Shown here in pieces: positions 32,576 to 39,820 of a stretch of 39,820 nt of DNA (its first letter is position 1; each line of letters begins with the position of its first letter). The notes below the pieces were generated by a model. The model was not told the origin of the DNA. It saw only the letters and a program-made list of their open reading frames with translations, and made no database searches. Made by a program: the position numbers and the translations under genes. This DNA is from a virus (taxonomy: Duplodnaviria; Caudoviricetes), in the IMG/VR virus record IMGVR_UViG_3300037313_001230, positions 1 to 39,820 of that record. The stretch is one strand, 5' to 3'.

Positions 32576-33553
32576 TCAGGTCGTGAGAAGGCCGGTGATC
32601 TTGCCGTGGCTCATCTCGTTGCCGTACTTCAGGCCGATCTCGCCGTAGATCTGCGCCTTCTTCGCGGAGCCGGTCGTGGCCAGCGGCTCGACGAACAGGA
32701 ATCCCTTGCCGGGCACGAGGAGGAAGCGGGGCGCGCACTGCTCCAGCGAGACGACCGCGACCTGGTCGGCGGGCATGTAGCGGTTGAGCATGACGTTCAG
32801 CTCACCGAAGTCGGTGATGATCGTCGTCACGGAGACGCCACCGATGTTCCGGGTCTGCTCCTGGTAGTTGGCGTCGGTGACGAAGATCTGCGTCAGCATC
32901 CGCTTCTGGAAGCCGTTGCACATGATGGCCGCGGTGCCCGACTGCTGGATGCCGCCGTTCTCCCAGACCATCTGCAGCAGGTCCAGGATCATGTCCTTGG
33001 TCAGCGCGGCAGCGGGGGCGTTGGCGATCACGTTCGTGGTGATCGCGGCGAGAATGCCGCGCGTCTTGCGCGGGGTGAGGTTGTCGGCCGGGTTCTGGAA
33101 CGTGCCGGTGATGAACGTCTTCTCGACGTCCCGGGCGATCTGGATGAGCGCCTGACGCACCTGCCACTCGTACTCGTCCATCACCGGGTTGACGCCGGCG
33201 ATGCCGACGCTGCCGGGGTTGGCGGAGCCGGTGGAGTTGAACTGCCCCGTGGCCGCGAGCTTGGTGTAGGAGATCTCGATGGCCTCCTGGTGGATCTCCG
33301 CCACGTTGGAGACGTTGAACCGCACCCGGGCCTCGGCGGCGGGGGCGTTCGCGCCCTCCAGGCGCTGCCGGTTGTCGGCGGCCGCCCGCAGGTCGTAGCC
33401 CTGCCACTGGAACAGGGTGGAGGTGACGGCCTCTCCGCCGGACAGGCCGCCGATCGAGGACAGGAACGGGGTGTCCTGCGGTGAGGTGGAGAACAGTTCG
33501 CCGACGTAGTTGGGCAGGTTGAACGTCGTTCCCTGCCCGGTGATTCCAGCCAC
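32576..33553 (-). CDS. Major capsid protein (DUF5309/SU10-like)
   Basis: SPQDTPFLS, IARDVEKTFITG, RKTRGIL, TDFG, IYGEIGL; AAGGAG RBS. Confidence 0.9.
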   Translation of the reverse strand: MAGITGQGTTFNLPNYVGELFSTSPQDTPFLSSIGGLSGGEAVTSTLFQWQGYDLRAAADNRQRLEGANAPAAEARVRFNVSNVAEIHQEAIEISYTKLAATGQFNSTGSANPGSVGIAGVNPVMDEYEWQVRQALIQIARDVEKTFITGTFQNPADNLTPRKTRGILAAITTNVIANAPAAALTKDMILDLLQMVWENGGIQQSGTAAIMCNGFQKRMLTQIFVTDANYQEQTRNIGGVSVTTIITDFGELNVMLNRYMPADQVAVVSLEQCAPRFLLVPGKGFLFVEPLATTGSAKKAQIYGEIGLKYGNEMSHGKITGLLTT

Positions 33554-33585
33554 GAGGGGCTCCTTCCTGGCAGGGGGTGCCCTGC

Positions 33586-34200
33586 CTACTGGTTCGGTTC
33601 GTGCAGCTGCATCAGCTGCTGGGCCTTGAGCCGCTGCGCCGTGCCCCACTCGCCGGCCTTCTCAGCGGCGGCGATCTGCTCGGCGAGCGTCGGCTCGGGC
33701 GGGTTGGGCAGTGCGCCGGGGCGCAGGGCCTCGACGGGCGTGCGATGTCCCGTTGTTGCGGCACCGGCCTGCGGCTGGCCTGCGGGGGCGCGCAGTGCGA
33801 CGAGCCGTTCGGCCTGCCGCGTCAGCTGCTCCTCGGTGGTGCCGGTCAGGAAGACCTCGGCGTCCTCGTCGCTGATGCCGTTCTTCGCGGCGATCCGCCA
33901 GCGCATCGCCTCGGCCTGCGCCGTCGCTGCGGTCTGCTCGGCCGTGGTCGCCCGGTCGGCGAGCTTCTGCGCCTCGGTCTTCTGTGACTCGACGTAGGCG
34001 TCGTGCGCCTGCGCCTTCTCGAAGTTCGCCTTGGCCCGGTCCTCCCACTTCTTCGCCTCGGCCTTCCAGTCCGGCTCAGCCGCCGGGACGGCTGGTGCGG
34101 GAGCGGGGGTGGGAGGCTGCGGGGCGGGGGCCAGCGCCGCAGGAACGGGTGCCGGAGGGGCCGGGGCCGGAGGCTGCGTGGGGTCGGTCGGGGTGGTCAT
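33586..34200 (-). CDS. Scaffolding protein
   Basis: DWKAEAKKWEDRAKAN...KTEAQK...LTGTTEEQL...AERL; precedes capsid gene. Confidence 0.85.
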   Translation of the reverse strand: MTTPTDPTQPPAPAPPAPVPAALAPAPQPPTPAPAPAVPAAEPDWKAEAKKWEDRAKANFEKAQAHDAYVESQKTEAQKLADRATTAEQTAATAQAEAMRWRIAAKNGISDEDAEVFLTGTTEEQLTRQAERLVALRAPAGQPQAGAATTGHRTPVEALRPGALPNPPEPTLAEQIAAAEKAGEWGTAQRLKAQQLMQLHEPNQ

Positions 34201-34322
34201 GGTGAATCTCCCGTGCGGGATAGCCCGTTGGCCGTGCGGCCGCGAGGCGGGGTGGGTGGGAACCAGGGGGTGCGTAGGCCGTGCGGCTGTCTCCCCGGTC
34301 CGGGCCGTACGGCCCGGAAGCT

Positions 34323-35057
34323 TTACTCGGCCGCGCCTGCGGCCTGGTTGGTGACGAACTGGCGCCACGCCTCGATCGCGGCCGTCCCGGAGTGGCCGGC
34401 CGTCGCGGTGTACCACTGCTCCTGCAGGCGCCGGACCTCCGGCGGTTCGGGCTCGCGCCGGTACAGCAGCTCGGGCTTGCAGCTGCAGCGGTCGTGGGAC
34501 TGGAAGCGCGCGGATTCCTTGGAGTACACGGCGCCGCGGCCGATCAGCATGAGGCAGAACGGGCACGGGCTGCCGCGGCCGGCGACGCGTCGCCAGCCCT
34601 CGATCTCGTCGCGCTCGGCGAAGGTGCGCATGGTGGTCTGACGGTCGCCTTCGAGGACCAGGCGCGTGGCGGCGCCCTGCAGCTGGCTCGCCATCACCCT
34701 CGTAGCGGCTGTCTCGTTACCTGAGATCGCCATCTGCGTCTTGAAGGCGACCGGGCCCGAGACGCGCAGTGAGGTGGCGATCTGCTCGGGGTCCGGCTCG
34801 ACCACGACCGGCGCCAGGGTGACACCCTCGAGCCGGGCGTGCAGGGCGAGGTAATCGCGTGCCAGCTTCGCCAGAGCGGACTGCCCGGTGAGGATCTCCT
34901 GCTGCACCTGGGGAGAGATCTTCTCCCACCAGCCGTCGATGTCGGTCGCATCGGCGCGCATCGCGGTGATGCGCAGCTTGCGGGCGAGCAGCTGGGCCAC
35001 GTTGAGGACCTGCTGCTGATAGCGGCGGGTCAGGGCCTGCGCCTGTTCGCTGGGCAA
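34323..35057 (-). CDS. MuF-like head morphogenesis/minor capsid protein
   Basis: GWRRV...PCPFCLML..RG.VY...HDRCSC. Confidence 0.8.
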   Translation of the reverse strand: MPSEQAQALTRRYQQQVLNVAQLLARKLRITAMRADATDIDGWWEKISPQVQQEILTGQSALAKLARDYLALHARLEGVTLAPVVVEPDPEQIATSLRVSGPVAFKTQMAISGNETAATRVMASQLQGAATRLVLEGDRQTTMRTFAERDEIEGWRRVAGRGSPCPFCLMLIGRGAVYSKESARFQSHDRCSCKPELLYRREPEPPEVRRLQEQWYTATAGHSGTAAIEAWRQFVTNQAAGAAE

Positions 35058-35060
35058 TGG

Positions 35061-36602
35061 CTACCCCTCTCCGGGGACCGTGACGGTCTGCGGCACCTGC
35101 GGGACGCCAGCGACGGGCGCCGGCTCCTGCAGGCCGGGCAGCGCCGGAGTGCCGGTGCCGGCGCCCGGTGCGGCGAGCAGCTGGCTGATGTTGCCGAGCG
35201 CGTCGCGGTCCTCGGCGAGCAGCTCCCACCGCTTGATGTCGGTCTCGGTGACGCCGGGGATCCGCTCCCACAGCGCCCGGGGCGGCACGTCCAGCAGCTG
35301 GGCGAGCTTGCCGAGCGCGTCGGCGACCTGGGCGAGGGAGCGCGGGGTGGTGTCGCGCCAGACGACCTGCGCGGAGGTGTCCTCCCAGGTGTCCGTGTCC
35401 TTCACCGCCAGGCCGCACAGCCGCAGCATCTGCTCGACGGCCTCACCGAATGCCGTCTTGTGCTCGCCGATGTCGAGCTGGTGGCCGGCCTCCAGCGCGG
35501 CCAGGGCTTCTGCGGAGACGTTGGAGACGCTGTTGCCGACGACAAGCGTGTGCGGCGGGACCTGCCGGGCGGACGCCACATACAGCAGCGTCTTGTCCCG
35601 GGAGTTCAGATATCCGTCGAGGCTGGTCTCGGAGAACTCCCCGAACTTCGTGTCCACGCTGTCCGACTGCCACACCCGGTTCACGGCCGCGTTCCACGGC
35701 TCGACGGGGTTGCCGTCGGCGTCCTCAGCGATCGCCATGCCGGTGACCCACCGCTGCTTGAAGGCGGCGTACTGCTGGGCCATAAGCAGCCCGAACGTGG
35801 TCTGGTTCAGCTGCCGTTGGGCCGAAAGCATCGGGTAGACGATGCCCTGCGGGCCGTCGTCGAGGTCGTCGAAGGACTCCAGGAACCGCACGACCGGGCA
35901 CACGCCCAGCCCGTGTTCCTTGACCTTCACTTTCTGCGGGTCGATGACCACGCCCTCGAACGGCAGCGGGTCGACGCGGTCCCCGTCCTGCTGCGGCAGC
36001 ACCAGCGTCGAGGGCACGTCCGTCTCGTAGACGAACTGATCGTCGTAGACGCTGATCGTGCACACCATCTGCGTCGGCGAGTCCGCGGTGATGACCGGCC
36101 GGGGCAGCCCAACACTCATCGCGTACTCGGGCCACTCGTCGTTGACCGGATCCGCGTACAGCGCGGTCATCCGCCGCGGCGACCACGGCGTGATCACGGG
36201 CACGTCCTGGTCCCGCAGCCTGCCCGGCAGCACCGTGGCGTACGAGACGCCGTACTGCAGGGCCGCACGGTAGAGGCCGGCCTGGCGGGCGTCCATGCGG
36301 TTGGGCTGCCAGACCCTGTCCCACACCGGCGAGTTGTCCGCCGTGTTGGCCGGGCGGTAGCCGTCGACGAACAGGCCCTGCGCCACCGAGCTGACGAGCA
36401 GCGGCAGGATGTTGAAGCGGGCCTGGTCGACGAGCTTCTTGTACTCCGCGGTCGCGGACTTCGGCACGTAGATGTCGCAGATGCGGTTCTTCAGGTAGGC
36501 GTGGATGAGGGACAGCCGCCCCGACTCCGCGCGCCGTCCGGCCAGCAGCCACTGCACCACGTTCGCCAGCTGGGCACTGTCCATCGGACTCGGATCAGCC
36601 AT
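35061..36602 (-). CDS. Portal protein (SPP1 gp6-like)
   Basis: WQPNRMDARQ, HGLGVCPVVRF, QYAAFKQRW, SAEAL, WERIPG. Confidence 0.93.
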   Translation of the reverse strand: MADPSPMDSAQLANVVQWLLAGRRAESGRLSLIHAYLKNRICDIYVPKSATAEYKKLVDQARFNILPLLVSSVAQGLFVDGYRPANTADNSPVWDRVWQPNRMDARQAGLYRAALQYGVSYATVLPGRLRDQDVPVITPWSPRRMTALYADPVNDEWPEYAMSVGLPRPVITADSPTQMVCTISVYDDQFVYETDVPSTLVLPQQDGDRVDPLPFEGVVIDPQKVKVKEHGLGVCPVVRFLESFDDLDDGPQGIVYPMLSAQRQLNQTTFGLLMAQQYAAFKQRWVTGMAIAEDADGNPVEPWNAAVNRVWQSDSVDTKFGEFSETSLDGYLNSRDKTLLYVASARQVPPHTLVVGNSVSNVSAEALAALEAGHQLDIGEHKTAFGEAVEQMLRLCGLAVKDTDTWEDTSAQVVWRDTTPRSLAQVADALGKLAQLLDVPPRALWERIPGVTETDIKRWELLAEDRDALGNISQLLAAPGAGTGTPALPGLQEPAPVAGVPQVPQTVTVPGEG

Positions 36603-36605
36603 GAC

Positions 36606-36764
36606 TCAGGCCCCCTCCCGTTCGTGAAGCGCAGCCGCGACGCCGATCCAGGAGTCGGCGAGGCCCTCGAGGCGCTCCATCAGCGCCAGGTTCGTCTCGG
36701 TCTCGGCCACCTGCAGCAGCCGTATCGCGTTGCCGATCGCCTCGTCGGCGTCCACTTCGCTCAC
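36606..36764 (-). CDS. Small helical protein between terminase and portal (52 aa)
   Basis: GTGA-coupled to TerL stop; AIRLLQVAETETNLALMERLEGLADSW. Confidence 0.6.
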   Translation of the reverse strand: MSEVDADEAIGNAIRLLQVAETETNLALMERLEGLADSWIGVAAALHEREGA

Positions 36765-38464
36765 CCCCATCCGACGACGCGGACGGGCCGCTTCTTGCGG
36801 CCGGCCTTCCACTTGGCCCAGGCCGGGGAGGCCAGCAGCATCCGGCGCACCATGCGGGCGCCGATCGCGCACACCGCGAGGTCGATCTTGTGCGGGGACT
36901 CGCGGGACTCCTTGCTGATGCTGACCCCGTACTTGTTGGGCCGTCGGCGCGCGTTGAGCAGATGCCGCTTCAGCCGCTTGTCGCCGTCGTGCGTGACGTC
37001 CCGCTCTCGGAGGTCGATCTCCATGCGCATGCAGGCCTGCGTGAAGTCCCGCACGTGCCCGCGCATGTCCCACGCCACGGGGTGGGCGTGCTGCCCGAGC
37101 GTGGCGGAGATGACGAGCTGCTCGCCGAACTCCTGGGCCCAGGTGTCGATGTAGGACTCGAAGTCCTTGACGTCGCCGAAGAACGCCACAAGCGTGCGCT
37201 CGGCGAACGTCTTGCGCACCACGCGGTCGACGTCGGCCTTGTCGACGCGCCAGCCGTCACCGTCCTTGCCGCGGGGACGCTCCCAGCAGCCGATGACGAA
37301 CACGTGGCCCGTCTCGACGTCGCAGCCCACCAGCGCGGTGGAGTCGTCGCTGGTGCTGCCGTCGAAGAACATCACGATCGGCGCCTGGTCCTCGACGACG
37401 ACCGTGGTGTCCTGGCATGCCTCGACGTCGGGATGCGTGGTCCAGGCGTCGCGGGCGGCGGTGGGCTGGTTGAAGAAGTACCGGCGGGACTCCTCCGGGT
37501 CCTTCTCGATGTTCCAGAACTCGGCCTCGACGATGCCCCGCAGATCGAGGGCGTCGGCGAACGGTCCGTAGACCTCGGCGAGTGCGGCCACCATGGCGTC
37601 GAGGTCGGTGATGTCGACCTCGGCCGGCGCCTCGCGGTGGTCCCACAGCAGCCGCCGCTCACGGACCTTGCCCTCGGCGATCAGCTTGGCGCGCTCGTGG
37701 ACGCGTTCCATGACGCTGTCCTCGCCCGGCTGGTACATCGTCGACGTCAGCAGCGCCCACGGGGCCGCTTCCTTGCGCTTGCGCAGGTTGCGGTCGACGG
37801 TGCGGTACATCTGCCGCAGCTCCGGCAGGACGTACAGGTGCGGCTCGTCGAAGACGGCCAGCGTCTCCTTGCCACCATCACGCGAGGCGGCGGCCGCGGT
37901 CGACGGCCGCACCTCGCCACCCTGCGGCAGGAACACCCGGGTGATGCCGGCCGTACCGGAGGGCAGCCCCTCGGCGAGCGGGCCGTGCTCCAGGTTGAAG
38001 TTGATGTTGTCGTAGGTGTTGCCGGTCTGCGACTCCTCCGTGGCCAGGCACCGGATGAACGGGTACGTGACCGGGCGGCCCATGGGCTCGCCCGGCTCGT
38101 ACTCGTAGACGAAGTCACGCCACCGGTACCGCTCACCGCCCGTCGCCCAGCCCGCGAACCGGACCGGGGCGAACGCCTCGGCCAGGGCGATGAACCCCGC
38201 GAGCTCGCTCTTGGCGCGGCCCTTCGCGCGTGAGATCGCCACCGTGTCGTACAGGCGCCGCCCCGTGACGTCGTGGGCGTAGCAGTCGAGGATCAGGCCG
38301 GCGAACTCGTCGTCCAGCGGCAGGCAGTCGCCGTGACGCGGGTGCAGCGCGACCCCTTGGACGTCGCCGGGACCGTGGACGCAGAACCACTCGATCCAGG
38401 CGAGCACCACCCCGAGGGAGCGCTGCCGGGTGTGCTCCGGCGCGCGGACCAGTTCACGAGGCAT
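36761..38464 (-). CDS. terL: Terminase large subunit
   Basis: Walker A RAKGRAKS, Walker B AVFDEPH, nuclease FFDGS and KIDLAV. Confidence 0.95.
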   Translation of the reverse strand: MPRELVRAPEHTRQRSLGVVLAWIEWFCVHGPGDVQGVALHPRHGDCLPLDDEFAGLILDCYAHDVTGRRLYDTVAISRAKGRAKSELAGFIALAEAFAPVRFAGWATGGERYRWRDFVYEYEPGEPMGRPVTYPFIRCLATEESQTGNTYDNINFNLEHGPLAEGLPSGTAGITRVFLPQGGEVRPSTAAAASRDGGKETLAVFDEPHLYVLPELRQMYRTVDRNLRKRKEAAPWALLTSTMYQPGEDSVMERVHERAKLIAEGKVRERRLLWDHREAPAEVDITDLDAMVAALAEVYGPFADALDLRGIVEAEFWNIEKDPEESRRYFFNQPTAARDAWTTHPDVEACQDTTVVVEDQAPIVMFFDGSTSDDSTALVGCDVETGHVFVIGCWERPRGKDGDGWRVDKADVDRVVRKTFAERTLVAFFGDVKDFESYIDTWAQEFGEQLVISATLGQHAHPVAWDMRGHVRDFTQACMRMEIDLRERDVTHDGDKRLKRHLLNARRRPNKYGVSISKESRESPHKIDLAVCAIGARMVRRMLLASPAWAKWKAGRKKRPVRVVGWG

Positions 38465-38990
38465 CGGTCAGCCTGCGCCGGCGCGAGGTCAGATCGGCCA
38501 CGCCCTCGGGCGGCGCCGTCGTGGTGGCGGCCTGGGCGGAGCCGTCGTCGACAACCGTCCACCGCAGGGCGGCCATGCCCTTCGGGGTGAGACCGAGCCG
38601 GTCGTCGAGCTCGCGCATCTCGCGGCAGATCGCCAGACGGCCCGAGGCGAGCGAGGCGAGGCGCTGCAGCAGCGCCTTGAGCTCGGCGCCGCCTTCGGCC
38701 TGGGCGTCGAGGACCTCCCACAGCTCCAGGGAGTTGACGGTGCCGATCGCGGCCAGGTCGTCCTCGAGGGACGCACGCCGGGCGATCATCGCCTCATGGC
38801 CCGGGGCCCAGGCGCAGGCCTGCGGCGTCGACCACGCCCACTTCCACCACGCACGCCCGACCTTGCCGAGCCTGGCCCAGGACGGCGGCCGCGGCGCGGG
38901 GTCGGTGCGGCCGCCGACGGGCAGCTTCGTGGTGGGGACGGTGGGCGCGTTGCGGCGCCGGCGGTTCTCCGCGGGCAGCGGTCCAGGCAT
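38454..38990 (-). CDS. terS: Terminase small subunit
   Basis: PGPLP...WW...W..PQA..W...EMRELDDRLGLTPKG...LRW; overlaps TerL start (start 38990 or 38999). Confidence 0.85.
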   Translation of the reverse strand: MPGPLPAENRRRRNAPTVPTTKLPVGGRTDPAPRPPSWARLGKVGRAWWKWAWSTPQACAWAPGHEAMIARRASLEDDLAAIGTVNSLELWEVLDAQAEGGAELKALLQRLASLASGRLAICREMRELDDRLGLTPKGMAALRWTVVDDGSAQAATTTAPPEGVADLTSRRRRLTDAS

Positions 38991-39032
38991 CGCCGTCACC
39001 TCCTCACCGGGATGGCGGCGCGGTGCCGTCCG

Positions 39033-39617
39033 TCAGAGCAGCGAGTCGAGGACGTCGCTCAGGTCGGCCAGCTGCAATGGCGCCTGGCGGTAGCGGTGGC
39101 CGAGGGCGATGTACCGGCCCGAGCTGTAGGCCTCGATCGCGGTGCCGTCCGGCCGGCGGATACGGCGGCCGCGCTGCAGGCGGCCGCTACCCCAGATGTG
39201 CAGGCCGGTACCGGACGGCGAGACCTCGACGAACGTGGCCGGGCAGGCGGCCAGGATGCGCGCGGCCCAGGGGGCGAGCTGCTCGCCGTCGAGGCAGTGG
39301 TCGAGGTCCAGGACCACGACGTCGTCGCCGTCGGCCAGGACGTAGCCGAGGCCGGTGCCGTACGGCGAGCGCGCGGCCGCGGCGTGGGTGGTCCAGGTCG
39401 CGGGGTCGGTCGACGAGGCCGGCCGTCCGGTGTCGGCGCGCAGCGGGACCTTGTCCGCGCTGCGGCGTACCCACCTTTCGCGGTCCTGCAGCTCGGCCGG
39501 AACGGCGTTCCGGGCGCGGTGGCCGGCCACCCGGCAGCGCGTCGAGCAGAACCGGGCGCGGTGCGAGTGACGCGCCCGCAGGTGCTCGCCGCACTGCTCA
39601 CAGGTCCGGGTGTTCAT
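39033..39617 (-). CDS. Zn-finger plus stand-alone primase-polymerase (prim-pol) domain protein
   Basis: CEQC...FCSTRC; DPATW, GLGYVL, DLDHC, EVSPSGTGLHIW, EAY...RY; TAGGAT -10 six nt before ATG. Confidence 0.85.
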   Translation of the reverse strand: MNTRTCEQCGEHLRARHSHRARFCSTRCRVAGHRARNAVPAELQDRERWVRRSADKVPLRADTGRPASSTDPATWTTHAAAARSPYGTGLGYVLADGDDVVVLDLDHCLDGEQLAPWAARILAACPATFVEVSPSGTGLHIWGSGRLQRGRRIRRPDGTAIEAYSSGRYIALGHRYRQAPLQLADLSDVLDSLL

Positions 39618-39820
39618 GCCGCCATCCTACCCCAGGGTGTAACGGTAGAACAGGCACTGACCTGCACAGATCGTAATGGCCCACGAGGGGTGAGGGGCTG
39701 CGTGACACTGTGCCGCGCGGGGGGTCGGATCACCCCGGCGCCTCGGCGGCCGGCCGCGTGCGCCCCCGTCCCGGGCCGGGTCGGGCCCGTTCCCGGAACC
39801 CGTACACGTTGCGGCCTGCT

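Larger units (their letters stand above)
1..39820 (-). mobile_element. Near-complete temperate siphovirus genome (actinophage, probably Streptomyces), unintegrated form
   Basis: Full module order terminase-portal-head-tail-lysis-integrase-repressor-replication-HNH; no host genes at either end; symmetric attP-like site beside the integrase in mid-genome; very high GC. Confidence 0.93.

Noticed and set aside
34080-34200. Pro/Ala-rich quasi-repeats (also 1270-1370 and 32270-32370)
   Set aside because: Low-complexity protein linkers, not discrete DNA repeats.
23378-38233. Long alternative-frame ORFs over structural genes (23378-25234, 30882-32648, 34839-37154)
   Set aside because: Shadows of well-supported tail, head, portal and terminase genes.
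1-39820. tRNA genes, bldA-dependent TTA codons, diversity-generating retroelement
   Set aside because: No cloverleaf, reverse transcriptase or template/variable repeat pair noticed; the TAA/TTA sites I spot-checked were out of frame. This was not an exhaustive scan.

Overview
The window looks like the essentially complete genome of a very high-GC temperate siphovirus of an actinomycete, most likely Streptomyces. It is shown reversed, with almost every gene on the - strand. Reading from 39820 downward: a stand-alone Zn-finger/prim-pol gene, terminase small and large subunits, portal, head genes, head-tail joining genes, tail tube, frameshifted tail chaperones, tape measure, tail-tip genes and the lysis cassette (amidase, holin). 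An accessory cassette follows (HAD hydrolase, XRE-HTH/helical-repeat regulator, Zn-finger, degenerate prim-pol-like protein, two tiny membrane peptides). Next come an apparently intact attP, a large serine integrase, a divergent repressor/Cro switch and a candidate recombination directionality factor. The early region is rich in Cys/Zn proteins and includes a metallothionein-like peptide and a replication initiator with internal repeats. It ends in an insulated two-gene cassette with repeated structured leaders, a DNA methyltransferase preceded by a LexA-like box, and a terminal HNH endonuclease. I saw no tRNA, CRISPR array, DNA polymerase or helicase. All family assignments come from motif recognition and gene order by eye; no database searches were run.
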